Origin: Candidatus Latescibacterota bacterium
GTDB lineage: Bacteria > Latescibacterota > UBA2968 > GCA-2709665
Length of the DNA: 64,000 nucleotides
NCBI GenBank assembly: GCA_965222075.1
Contig: OZ244937.1
Location: forward strand, 3,456,001 to 3,520,000
Direction: 5' to 3'
Both the position numbers and the translations under genes were made by a program. Each line of letters starts with the position of its first letter. Position 1 is the stretch's first letter. Of the stretch, positions 26,853-36,998 are shown piece after piece. A model generated the notes under the pieces. It saw nothing but the letters and a program-made list of their open reading frames with translations. It was not told the DNA's origin and made no database searches.

Positions 26853-26963
26853 CCGGGATCCACGATCGCACCGGCCGCGAACCATCCTGCCGCTTCACGA
26901 AGGTCGGGCGGCCAGGCGCCTACTTTCGGATCGCCCCAATACCACGAGAGAAAGGAGTGCTTT

Positions 26964-27956
26964 ATGCACCGAGTCACAAAAGCGTTTGAGACTGCGGCTG
27001 TCTTCACAATCGCCCTGTGTATCGGGTGCGGCGCTCCCCGGGATCAGGCTGAAAAATCCACTTCGGATCGCCAGTTCTTCAGTGTGGGCACGGCCCCACC
27101 CGGGGGGGCCTTCTTTGTTGTTGGAGGGGCCATCGCTCAGGTCGTCAACGATCACAGAGAGGATCTGTCCTGGGATGTGTCCGCCGAAGCCACCCAGGGC
27201 ACCCAGGAAAACATCCGCCGTCTCGTAAGCGGCGAACTGGACTTTGCCCTGGCCAACGCGGCCATCTCCTACTTCGCAGTTCGCGGAGAGGGCGCCTGGG
27301 AACAAAAGCAGGGGATCAACACCGTGATGACCCTGGCGCCCAATATTGCCCTCTTCATCACTCCGAAAAGCTCGGGCGTCAAAACCATAGCGGACCTCAA
27401 GGGCAAGCGGGTTGTTGTGGGCCCGGCCGGCGCTGGCTTCGAATACTTTCTGCAGCCCATCCTGAAGGCCCACGGCATGACCTATGACGACTTCACCCCG
27501 CTGCACAACCCCCAGGCCGGGGCTGTTGACATGCTTGCGGATGGATCTACAGCCGCCGCCTTTCTGGGCGGAGCCGTACCCACCGCCTCCATCACCCAGG
27601 CCAGCGCCTCACTGGACATTCACTTCATTCCCTTTGACGCATCCGCCAAAGAGACCCTGTTCCGGAATTACCCCTTCTTTTTCCCCGCCACCATCCCGGC
27701 CGATACGTATCGAGGTCAGTCCGAAGCCTTCGAAGGCATGAACGTGGGCTCGATGCACCTCATCACCCGATCCAGCCTGGATGCGGACACCGTCTACCGG
27801 TTCACCAAAATTCTCTACGAACACCGGGCGGATGTGGTAAAAAAACACCCGGCCGGCAGAGCCATCAACTCCAAGAATGTCATCCGGGATACCGGCGCCC
27901 CTTTTCATCCGGGCGCTGTGAAGTACTTCAAAAAAATCGGAATCTGGCCCAATTGA
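26964..27956 (+). CDS. TAXI-family TRAP solute-binding lipoprotein
   Basis: GTAPPGGAFF, EATQGTQENI, PFHPGAVKYFK. Confidence 0.92.
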   Translation: MHRVTKAFETAAVFTIALCIGCGAPRDQAEKSTSDRQFFSVGTAPPGGAFFVVGGAIAQVVNDHREDLSWDVSAEATQGTQENIRRLVSGELDFALANAAISYFAVRGEGAWEQKQGINTVMTLAPNIALFITPKSSGVKTIADLKGKRVVVGPAGAGFEYFLQPILKAHGMTYDDFTPLHNPQAGAVDMLADGSTAAAFLGGAVPTASITQASASLDIHFIPFDASAKETLFRNYPFFFPATIPADTYRGQSEAFEGMNVGSMHLITRSSLDADTVYRFTKILYEHRADVVKKHPAGRAINSKNVIRDTGAPFHPGAVKYFKKIGIWPN

Positions 27957-27957
27957 C

Positions 27958-29898
27958 ATGCCCCGGCTCAAGTCCCGACTCTTCCGCATCCTGGCCACCT
28001 TCCTCAGCCTCTTCATCCTGGTCGAGGTCAACTATCCGCAGCTCACGCCCCAGGCCCAGTTGGCCATTTTTGCCCTGCTGGGCTTGAGCCTTGTGTTTCT
28101 CAAGTACCCTGTCCACCGAAGCGCCGCCAAGAACACCCCTTTCCAGATTCTGGACCTCTTCCTTGCCCTCGCCGTTGTCTTCTGCTTTGGCTACATCCTG
28201 ATTCAGACCGACCCTATTTTTCAAACCTACTGGCTGAACGGCCGGTCTCTGGGCAACCGCGCCGGTCTGGAACACCCGCTCGATCACATCGTGGGCCTGG
28301 TGGGCCTCCTTCTGGTTCTGGAAGCCACCCGCCGGGCCATCGGCTTCATCCTGCCCCTGCTCGCCCTGGCCTTCCTGACCTACGCCGCCTGTGGGTATGC
28401 GATGCCCGACTGGCTCTTCCCCCACAGGGGATACCCCTGGGACCGCATTGTCTCCCAGGTCTTCCTGCATTCCCAGGGTGTCTTTGGCATTGCCCTGAAG
28501 GTCATGTTCACCTATGTCTTCCTCTTTGTCCTCTTCGGCACTGTCCTGGAACAGACCGGCGCCACGGGCTACGTCCTGGACACGGCCCGCCGGCTTTTTC
28601 GCAGCAGCACCGGGGGGCCTGCCAAAGTCGCCGTGATCTCCTCGGGCCTGATGGGCTCGCTCTCCGGCAGCGCCGTGGCCAACACTGCCACGACCGGCAC
28701 CTTCACCATCCCTATGATGCGCTCGGCCGGATTCCGCCCCGCCGTTGCCGGGGGCATCGAAGCCGCCGCCAGTTCGGGCGGAGCCCTTGTACCGCCCATC
28801 ATGGGCGCGGGGGCGTACATGATGCTTGAAATGGTCCAACCGGCCGTTACCTACCTGGAAATCATCAAAGCCGCGCTTGTTCCGGCGCTGCTTTACTACA
28901 CCGCCCTCCTCCTGGTTGTACACTTCTACGCCCGGCGAATCGGGGTGGCCGTGCAGGACGAAGACCCGCTCAAGCGTCCCCCCAAAGTCCGGGGGCTCAT
29001 CTTCCTGGTGGCCTTCTTCAGCCTGGTCTTCTTCCTCGTGCTGGGCTATACACCCTTCCGGGCCGTGAGCATTTCCCTGCTCTGTGTCCTGATCAGCAGC
29101 GCCTCCAGCCCGCTGACCCGCGTGGGGGGCCGCGCCCTTTCACGCGCCCTGGAAGGCGCGGCCCACAGCGGCGTCTCGCTGATCGCGGCCGCCTCCTGCG
29201 TGGGCATCATCATCGGCATCGTCACCCTCACCGGCATCGGCGCCAAGCTCCCCAGCGTTCTCATGCCTCTGGCGAAAGACAACCTCATCCTGGCGCTACT
29301 CCTCCTCATGGTCTCCACCATTATCTTAGGGATAGGCCTGCCCTCGGCCGTCTGCTACCTCCTCATGGCCACCCTCGTGGGTTCCGTCCTGGGCGAATTG
29401 GGCGTTGTCCCTCTGGCCGCCCACTTCTTTATCTTCTACTTCGGCATGATGTCCATGGTCACGCCCCCCGTCGCCCTGGCGGCTTACACGGCCGCCGCCA
29501 TCGCAAAGGCCGGTATCATGCGAACCGGGGTCGCCGCCTTCCGCTTCGCCCTGGTCGGCTTCACACTTCCCTACGCCTTCGTCCTCCATCCCGAGCTGCT
29601 CCTCCTCTCCCCCGACCTTCCAGCCACCCTGGTCAACATCCTCACCGCCCTTCTGGGCATCCTTCCCCTGGCCGCCGCCATCGCAGGCTACGGCTTCGCT
29701 CCCCTGAACACCTGGCAGCGTTCCGTCCTCCTCGCTGCCGCCCTTCTCCTATTCCTTTCTCCTTCCGGAAGCGTCCGCCCCTGGCTACAGGGATTGGCCT
29801 TGCTTATTACCGGGATCATCGCCATCTTAAACCGGAGGAACTCCACGAACCCATGTTCACCACCACCCTCATCCTCCCCGGCGAAACCGGGCCGATGA
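27958..29898 (+). CDS. TRAP transporter fused 4TM/12TM permease
   Basis: GGPAKVAV, GSAVANTATTG, PPIMGAGA, TPPVALAAY. Confidence 0.92.
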   Translation: MPRLKSRLFRILATFLSLFILVEVNYPQLTPQAQLAIFALLGLSLVFLKYPVHRSAAKNTPFQILDLFLALAVVFCFGYILIQTDPIFQTYWLNGRSLGNRAGLEHPLDHIVGLVGLLLVLEATRRAIGFILPLLALAFLTYAACGYAMPDWLFPHRGYPWDRIVSQVFLHSQGVFGIALKVMFTYVFLFVLFGTVLEQTGATGYVLDTARRLFRSSTGGPAKVAVISSGLMGSLSGSAVANTATTGTFTIPMMRSAGFRPAVAGGIEAAASSGGALVPPIMGAGAYMMLEMVQPAVTYLEIIKAALVPALLYYTALLLVVHFYARRIGVAVQDEDPLKRPPKVRGLIFLVAFFSLVFFLVLGYTPFRAVSISLLCVLISSASSPLTRVGGRALSRALEGAAHSGVSLIAAASCVGIIIGIVTLTGIGAKLPSVLMPLAKDNLILALLLLMVSTIILGIGLPSAVCYLLMATLVGSVLGELGVVPLAAHFFIFYFGMMSMVTPPVALAAYTAAAIAKAGIMRTGVAAFRFALVGFTLPYAFVLHPELLLLSPDLPATLVNILTALLGILPLAAAIAGYGFAPLNTWQRSVLLAAALLLFLSPSGSVRPWLQGLALLITGIIAILNRRNSTNPCSPPPSSSPAKPGR

Positions 29899-30035
29899 TC
29901 GATCCGAAGGCCATTTGGGAGGGCCTGGAGAACCCGGTTGACCTCGTGATCGACAGCGGTTATGGCGACCTGGACTCCACCACCATCGATTGATATGCTG
30001 AACAACGAGCCCGAGATCGTACGCGAGGCCGAGGC
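29895..30035 (+). pseudogene. Frameshifted C-terminal remnant of a Sua5/YciO (TsaC-like) gene
   Basis: MIDPKAIWEGLENPVDLVIDSGYGDLDSTTI then shifted DMLNNEPEIVRE resembles the YciO C-terminus. Confidence 0.55.
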
Positions 30036-30134
30036 GTTGTGGAAGGAAGAACCGGAACGCCTGCCGGACGCGCCCAGGACCATGCGGGCTTTTCGCAAGC
30101 TGGTCAAGATTCAATACTTTTAGGAGGTCGTATC

Positions 30135-31505
30135 GTGTTTCACGCTGTCCGTTTTGAAGACGACATTGAGCCGCTTGTCCGCTTTGTGGAGGAGACCTCG
30201 CCCGAGGCCATTGTGGAGGAGACGGTGAAGAGGCTGTGCGAGGGGGCTTCCGTAGAGCAGATGATGAAGGCGCTGGCCTTAGCGGTGATCCGTTCCACGG
30301 AGATGCCTTTTGTGCATCACGGCGGCCCACTGCACCCGGTGGCTGCGCTCCACGCCATTGGGGAGACGATGGGGCGGCTGCCCGAGGAGGCGCGCTGGCT
30401 GCCACTTATCCAGGACATGGCGCTGGCGAATGCGCACATCCATGACCCGGTTTCGGGACCTTATGTGATGCCCGAGATTGCGCCTGTGGGCGAGGGGAGC
30501 GTGAAGGCCACACGGGAGGCGTTCCTTGGTTGCATGAAGCGTAACTATTCTAACGCAGCGGAGCACTACTTCCTCTGGCTGCTGGAACATGCTCCGCGAG
30601 AGGTGGCCACAGAGGCGCTGCTGCAGGTGGGTGTGGCGAATTACCGCTACGATGAGCACAAGCTGATTGCCGCGGTCAATGGGATTCGTCTGCTGGATGC
30701 GGTGGGCTGGTCGCTGGCGCCTGTTGTGCTGCGGTCCATTGTGCGCTATAACTTCATGCCCTCTATCTGGGCGGATGCGCCGGCGGCGGGGGAGGTGGAG
30801 GCGCTCCTGGAGCGGTATGGGCTTTTGCAGGGGGTGGCCCAGGAGGGGAAGAACGAGGAGGGTGAGGTCGAGGCGCTGCGGGGGGAGCTGCTGGCGCATT
30901 CGCTTGAGGATCTGCCCGAGGTTATTGCCCGGGCGCTGGCAGGCGGACTGTCTTTGCGCGGCGCAGGGGAGGCGATCTCCCTGGCGGCTTCGGCGCTGTT
31001 TTTGCAGAGTGCGTCGGCAAACTCCATGGGCATCCACTTTATGACGGGTGCGAACGCGCTGCGCTGGGTCTGCGGGGCGTTTCCGTCCCTGGGAGCAAGG
31101 GGGCTGCTGCTCTGGGCGCTGGGGCCCGAGACGCGGGGGGTGAAGGGTTCGGTCGCACCTGTTGAAGAGATGACGCCGGTTTCGGCGTCGCTGGAGGCCA
31201 TCTCGGAGGCGATCTCGGAAAATGATCCTGTACGCACCGCTGCCTGTACTCAGGCTTACTGCCGGGCCGAGGGAGACGTGCCGGCCCTGCTTCAGAGGCT
31301 GGGGGAGTGGGCAGCGAAGGACAGCGCCACTGAGATGCACGGGATGAAGCATCACCAGGCTATGGTGGAGGAGTTCTCCAACACGCACGCATCCTCTGCG
31401 TGGGTGCATCTGGCGGCGCAGGCCAAGGAGGCTGCGTTACACGCCGGAAAGGGGACAGCGGTGTACGAGCGGGCAGCGGAAGCTTTGAGGAGAAGTGGGC
31501 GCTGA
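30135..31505 (+). CDS. Hypothetical helical protein with His-rich motifs
   Basis: AGGAGG RBS before GTG 30135; HHGGPLH, DEHK, GIHF, EMHGMKHH. Confidence 0.75.
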   Translation: MFHAVRFEDDIEPLVRFVEETSPEAIVEETVKRLCEGASVEQMMKALALAVIRSTEMPFVHHGGPLHPVAALHAIGETMGRLPEEARWLPLIQDMALANAHIHDPVSGPYVMPEIAPVGEGSVKATREAFLGCMKRNYSNAAEHYFLWLLEHAPREVATEALLQVGVANYRYDEHKLIAAVNGIRLLDAVGWSLAPVVLRSIVRYNFMPSIWADAPAAGEVEALLERYGLLQGVAQEGKNEEGEVEALRGELLAHSLEDLPEVIARALAGGLSLRGAGEAISLAASALFLQSASANSMGIHFMTGANALRWVCGAFPSLGARGLLLWALGPETRGVKGSVAPVEEMTPVSASLEAISEAISENDPVRTAACTQAYCRAEGDVPALLQRLGEWAAKDSATEMHGMKHHQAMVEEFSNTHASSAWVHLAAQAKEAALHAGKGTAVYERAAEALRRSGR

Positions 31506-31654
31506 AAGGGGCATGTCTGAGTCCAGACAGGGACAGATGGTCTGCGAGCGGGTGCAGAATGAGGGGGCATTTCCCGGTGGTTGATGGAGGAGGACCACTC
31601 GGGAAATAGCATTATAGGAAAAACGCCCGAATCCTGAGCCTTGAAAGGGTATGA

Positions 31655-32801
31655 GTGATGACTGTTTTGAACGCCGTTGTGATCGGACCGGGCGGTAGAG
31701 GGAGAGCGCACCTGGCCGTTGTTCCGAAACTGTCCGACAGGTATCGGTTGGTGGGGGTGTGCGATGTTGATGGGGAGCGGGCAAGGACGGTTGGTTCCGA
31801 GATGGGCGTCAATGCGTACACAGATCTGGAAGCGATGCTGGACAAAGAGAAGCCGGATGTGGGTTTGATTACCGTTCAACCGGAGATCCACCACGCCGTC
31901 GCCCGGGTCTTAGCTGAAAAAAAGGTCCACATTCTGACGGAGACTCCCATTGCCCTCACCGTGCCCTGTGCGGACGCGATGATACAGGCGACTGCGGAGA
32001 ACGGTGTTTTTCTGGAAGTATCCGAGAACGTCCGCAGATGGCCCCACGAGAGGGTGAAGCGGAAGATCGTGGAAAGGGGGCTTATCGGTGAGGTCAGGGC
32101 GTTCTACCTTTCTTACACTTCCGGCTCCTATCACGGGGTGAGTGCAGTCAGGGCCATACTCGGCACAGAGGCCCGGGGCGTTACGGGTGAGTTCCCGGAT
32201 AGAGAAGAGATCAGGGAACGGGGGATGATCGAGTGGTCGGGTGGGATCCGGGGAACATACGAATACAATATGAAGCGGAAGAATTACTGGGAGATTATTG
32301 GGACCGAGGGGGCCATTCGGGGGAGAGAACTGCACCTGTATGAGGGGGACAGGAAGCTGGATCTTGTGACCGAGACTATCGGTGAGGCCCCCCAGAAGAC
32401 TGTGCGGAGAGCCTACGTGGGAACAGAATCGGAAGTGTCCTGGGAAAGTCACCTGCAGGCTTATGCCCTTGCCGAGGCCGATAGCGTCGCAATCGCTGAC
32501 GCCTGGTGCAGTCTGTACGATGCTATCGTCCACGGAAAGGCGCTCGACTACGGGGGGGAAAAACGGCAGGAGGGATATCGAACTGCTGATGGGGGTCCGG
32601 GAATCGGCCTTGAAGCACGGAGAAAAGATCGCTCTGCCTCTGGCAGGGATTACCGAATACGAGACGCGGGTTCACTCGGCGTTTGAGGAGGTCTACGGGG
32701 CTGACATCCTGGATTTGAAGCCCCGGCACCTGAAGCAGAAGTATTCGCTGCCGGGTCACTTACGGGAACTGGTCCTTTATGGAAGCGTGTTGGGGAAATA
32801 G
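31655..32801 (+). pseudogene. Gfo/Idh/MocA oxidoreductase with a frameshift at the G7A5 run (32552-32563)
   Basis: IGPGGRG, HILTETP; natural C-terminus (NGRRDIELLMGVRES..) continues in the +1 frame to 32801. Confidence 0.75.
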
Positions 32802-32846
32802 CTGAGGACACCGGATCGGTGATGTGGTATCAACAAGGAGAAGCAG

Positions 32847-33422
32847 GTGACACAATTCGATGAGGTTTTACAGGAAGTCGAAAGCCGTTGTCGAGAGCAA
32901 CGCTTTCCGATGCTGGGACGTGAGAAGGCGGAATTTCTCGGGAGACTTGTCTTAAAAACACAGCCGTCGTTGATCGTCGAATGCGGTACAGCGATCGGCT
33001 ATTCTGGGTTGTGGATGGCATCCCGGTTGAGAGCGGCGGGTAAGGGACGCATCATTACACTTGAGATCGATCCCGACCGTGCTGGCGAGGCACAGGAGAA
33101 TTTCACACGCGCAGGGGTCGGTGATCTGGTGGATTCGCGGGATGGGGATGCGAAAGGACTGCTCAAAGCCATCCATGAACCGGTCGATTTTCTTCTGCTC
33201 GACAACGGCTATGCAAACTACTTTCCCTGCTTCCGGGCAATCGAATCCCGCCTGGTCAACGGCGCTACGGTCGTCGCCGATAATGTGGGAATCGGCGCAG
33301 AGGCGATGGCGGATTACCTGGATCACGTGCGTGCCCGCTACGAGAGCGAGACACACTGGTTTGATGTGGATCTGCCGTGGGTCAAGAGGGATGCGATGGA
33401 AGTGACGATCTATCAAAAGTGA
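32847..33422 (+). CDS. O-methyltransferase (COMT/YrrM-like)
   Basis: VECGTAIGYSG, TLEID, VVADNV. Confidence 0.88.
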   Translation: MTQFDEVLQEVESRCREQRFPMLGREKAEFLGRLVLKTQPSLIVECGTAIGYSGLWMASRLRAAGKGRIITLEIDPDRAGEAQENFTRAGVGDLVDSRDGDAKGLLKAIHEPVDFLLLDNGYANYFPCFRAIESRLVNGATVVADNVGIGAEAMADYLDHVRARYESETHWFDVDLPWVKRDAMEVTIYQK

Positions 33423-33572
33423 CGGGGACTCGTTGTAACCCCTTGATTGATGTGAACCCATACGCAGAAAAACGGTTCAACGTATTGCTATTTGAAGCTC
33501 GTGCTGCACGATCAAATACTGATCCGACGATCAAAACTCGCTTATTTTAGGATTAAAAGGAGGAGGTTGCTT

Positions 33573-34637
33573 ATGTCTGTATCTGTAACGCGTGAGCGTT
33601 TGCGGGCAGCGCTGGACCGGCTGCCGCGCGTGACGCTGGCGGACCTGCCCACGCCGCTGCACGATTGTCCCCGGTTTTCGGAGGCGGTGGGCAGCGAGGT
33701 GCGGATTCTGGTTAAACGGGACGATTTGACCGGCCTGGCCTTTGGGGGAAACAAGACGCGGAAGTTTGATTTTGCCTTGGGAGACGCAAAGGCGCAGGGG
33801 GCCACGGCGGTGATTACGGGCGCGGCGTCGCAGTCGAACCACGCCCGGCAGGCGGCTGCGGCTGCGGCCCGTCTGGGGATGAAGTGTGTGCTGGTGAACC
33901 GGCACGACCACCGCAGTCAGATGGGAATTCAGGGCAACCTGTTGCTGGATTACGTGCTGGGGGCGGAGGTGCGGCTTGTGGAGAGCGGGGATCAGAACGG
34001 GGTGAAGGAGCAGGTGGCGGAGGAGCTGCGGGGGCAGGGGGAGGTTCCGTACATTATCGGTGGCCGGGCGAGGGCGCTGGGTACGGCGGCTTATGTGGGG
34101 TGTCTTCTGGAGATCTTAGATCAGCTCGATGCGCTGGATGCGACGACGGATTTTATCTGCACGGCGTCGGGGCACGGGACGCACGCGGGGCTGGCGCTTG
34201 GGGTAAAGGCGCTCGGGCTGCCGATTCGGGTGCAGGGGTATACGCCCAGCCGGGGGGATGAACAGCGGCGGAAGGAGGGGGTGGCGGGCGCCGGCAACGA
34301 GGCGGCGGAGGCGCTGGGGGTGGAGGCGCGGCTGGAGGCGGCGGAGATGGAGAGTACGGATGCGTATGTGGGCGAGAATTACGGGATTGTCACACAGGCG
34401 GGGCTAGACGCGGTTCAATGCTTAGCGAGGACGGAGGGGATTTTGCTGGATCCAGTCTATACCGGGAAGGCGGTATCGGGGGTGATCGACCGGATTCAAA
34501 AGGGAGAGATCCCTGCGGGGGCCACAGTGGTCTACGTGCATACGGGGGGGACGCCTGCGCTGTTTGCCTATGCGCCGGAACTGGTGGCGCACGGGGATTA
34601 CAGTCAGAAGATTGTGTCAGGTCCTGAAACCGTCTAA
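33573..34637 (+). CDS. D-cysteine desulfhydrase/ACC deaminase family PLP enzyme
   Basis: KRDDLTGLAFGGNKTRK, QSNHAR, LLDPVYTGKA, HTGG. Confidence 0.92.
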   Translation: MSVSVTRERLRAALDRLPRVTLADLPTPLHDCPRFSEAVGSEVRILVKRDDLTGLAFGGNKTRKFDFALGDAKAQGATAVITGAASQSNHARQAAAAAARLGMKCVLVNRHDHRSQMGIQGNLLLDYVLGAEVRLVESGDQNGVKEQVAEELRGQGEVPYIIGGRARALGTAAYVGCLLEILDQLDALDATTDFICTASGHGTHAGLALGVKALGLPIRVQGYTPSRGDEQRRKEGVAGAGNEAAEALGVEARLEAAEMESTDAYVGENYGIVTQAGLDAVQCLARTEGILLDPVYTGKAVSGVIDRIQKGEIPAGATVVYVHTGGTPALFAYAPELVAHGDYSQKIVSGPETV

Positions 34638-34651
34638 GGAGGGAGAACCGC

Positions 34652-35593
34652 ATGGAATATCGAATTCTTGGAAAGACGGGGCTGAAGGTTCCAGCGGTCG
34701 GGGTTGGATGCTGGCAGATGGGGGGCACGCGGGGGGGGCTGGGGTGGACCGGCACGACGGATGAGGAGTCGATTGCGACTATTCACCGGGCCGAGGAACT
34801 CGGAGTGAACCTGCTCGATACGGCCCCGACCTACGGCGACGGGCACAGCGAAGAGGTCATCGGAAAGGCACTTAAGGGACGGCGTGACCGGTTTGTTCTG
34901 GCGACCAAGGCCAGGCCGATTACCGATGACCCGGATGAGGATAAGGCTCGACGGCAGATCCTGGAGCTCTGTGAGGGCAGCCTCCAGAGGCTGCAGACCG
35001 ATGTGATCGACGTGTATCAACTGCACGCTGTGCCGCACGAGGCGACGATGCCGACTGTGATGGAGACACTGGCGGACCTGAAGCAGCAGGGGAAGATCCG
35101 CTGGTTCGGGATTTCGACCAACGATACGGACGCGATCCGCAAGCTGCTGGCGCTGGGAGACCTGGCCGTGGTGCAGGTGGGTTACAACCTGTTGAGCCGG
35201 AGCGGGGAGGAGGCGCTGCGGCTGGCCAGGGAGGAAAATCTGGGCAGTTTGATCCGGGTGCCGCTCGCCTCAGGGGCGCTGTCGGGTAAGTACTTCGAGG
35301 CTCAGCAGCTGGATGAAGAGGACCGGCGGCGGGAGCGCTTCACCTCCGACAGGGCGGTGGCCACGTTTAAGAAGCTGTCGGAGCTTCTTTTTCTGACCGG
35401 GGGCGGCAGGCGAACGATGGTCCGGGCGGCGCTGCGCTTCATTCTGGATACCGAAGGGGTGACTTCGGCGATTCCGGGCGCCAGGAACCGGCGGCAGCTC
35501 GAGGAGAACGTGGGGGCGATGGATGCGCCACCCCTGACCGAGGAGGAACGCGCCCGCGCGATCGCCATTGCGGATGCGGTCGAGGGGTTTTGA
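34652..35593 (+). CDS. Aldo/keto reductase
   Basis: GVGCWQMGG, DTAPTYG, SLQRLQTDVIDVYQLH. Confidence 0.93.
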   Translation: MEYRILGKTGLKVPAVGVGCWQMGGTRGGLGWTGTTDEESIATIHRAEELGVNLLDTAPTYGDGHSEEVIGKALKGRRDRFVLATKARPITDDPDEDKARRQILELCEGSLQRLQTDVIDVYQLHAVPHEATMPTVMETLADLKQQGKIRWFGISTNDTDAIRKLLALGDLAVVQVGYNLLSRSGEEALRLAREENLGSLIRVPLASGALSGKYFEAQQLDEEDRRRERFTSDRAVATFKKLSELLFLTGGGRRTMVRAALRFILDTEGVTSAIPGARNRRQLEENVGAMDAPPLTEEERARAIAIADAVEGF

Positions 35594-35623
35594 GAACAGG
35601 CCACAGAAGAGAAGGGACAGGGT

Positions 35624-36802
35624 ATGAAATCGGGAGCGCTTGAATATGCCTTGTTTTCCAGAGGGGAGATGGAGCGTCGGTACGCCCGGGCCAGGGAGTT
35701 GATGGGACAGCGCGAGATCGATGCGCTTTTTATCACCGGGGAGGAGAATTTTCAGTATTTCGCCGGGACCGCCGTGAGCGTGGCGCTTCACTATTCTCTG
35801 ACCAGGCCGTCCGTTTTTATCCTGCCCGTAAACGGGGAGCCGATTGTCGTTACCCAGGGGAGGGATAACCTGACGCTGGGGTCCTATGTTAGCGATGTTC
35901 GGGATTATTCCGACCTGTTCAGTTTTCCCCATGACCTGGTTGTAGATGCCCTTCGAGACGCCGGGCTGAAGCACAACCGCGTGGGTGTGGAGTTGGGCCA
36001 GGAGCAGCGGATGGGGATGCCGGTGGGAGCCTATTTCGATCTGGTGACGGATCTGCCCGAGGTCGCGTTTGTGGATGCTGCGGATGTCATCATCAAGCTC
36101 CGGATGGTGAAGTCCGGCGAGGAGCTGGTGTATATGAAAAAGGCGGCGGATATTACCGGCAGGGCGCGGCAGCGGCTGTTCGATCAGGTCGTCCCGGGAA
36201 TGACGGAACGGGAGGTGGCCAGGCTGATGCGGCGGTTGATCTTAGAGGAGGGGGGCGACAGGACCGCGTTTGTCATTTTGCAGCTCGACCGCCCCGGGGC
36301 CGGCAATCCGTTCCATTACGACCGGCCGCTGGAGAAGGGGTGCGTGCTTGCGGTGGATACGGGCGCCTATGTGGGGATGTATACCATCGACTATCCACGC
36401 ATGGCCGTTCTGGGTAAGGCCACGGATGAGCAGAAGAGGGTGCACAGCGCGGTACTGGAGGTGAACGGGAAGATGGCGAACGCCCTGAGGCCCGGGGTGA
36501 CGTGCGCGGAGTTATACCGGGTCGGGGCCGGGGCTATTGAGGAGGCGGGCGCCAGAGTTGACGGACTGGAGCAATTCGGGTCGGCCAGGATGGGGCACGG
36601 GCAGGGGATGCTGGTGACCGAACCGCCGAGTGTCAGTCCGGATGATCACACGGTGCTGGAGCCGGGTGTGGTGCTCAGCACCGAACCGGGCGTGAGGGCC
36701 AGGGACGTGCAGTTTCTGTGGGAGGATGTCCATGTCGTTATGGAGGAAGGGCATGAGCAGCTTACGGTGGAGAGCAGTGAGCTGAGGGAGATTTCTTTTT
36801 AG
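35624..36802 (+). CDS. M24 Xaa-Pro peptidase family protein
   Basis: LRMVKS, GHGQG, EPP, STEPG, EDV. Confidence 0.9.
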   Translation: MKSGALEYALFSRGEMERRYARARELMGQREIDALFITGEENFQYFAGTAVSVALHYSLTRPSVFILPVNGEPIVVTQGRDNLTLGSYVSDVRDYSDLFSFPHDLVVDALRDAGLKHNRVGVELGQEQRMGMPVGAYFDLVTDLPEVAFVDAADVIIKLRMVKSGEELVYMKKAADITGRARQRLFDQVVPGMTEREVARLMRRLILEEGGDRTAFVILQLDRPGAGNPFHYDRPLEKGCVLAVDTGAYVGMYTIDYPRMAVLGKATDEQKRVHSAVLEVNGKMANALRPGVTCAELYRVGAGAIEEAGARVDGLEQFGSARMGHGQGMLVTEPPSVSPDDHTVLEPGVVLSTEPGVRARDVQFLWEDVHVVMEEGHEQLTVESSELREISF

Positions 36803-36998
36803 TTTCCAGTGGTCCCGGAGAAGTGGCGTGAAGCCGATGGATGACGCCGAAACAATCACGAGTCTTGGTTATAGACGATGAGGGCGCCGAACCGGGCTGG
36901 TATCAGTTGTCACAGACGACTGTTAGAAGGTACTTCAGGCAACGACTTTATCCCGGGCCTACTTTTCTGCCTGGGATGTAGGGTGATCGCGAGGGACT

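Noticed and set aside
32552-32563. Programmed -1 ribosomal frameshift
   Set aside because: The downstream frame is +1, not -1
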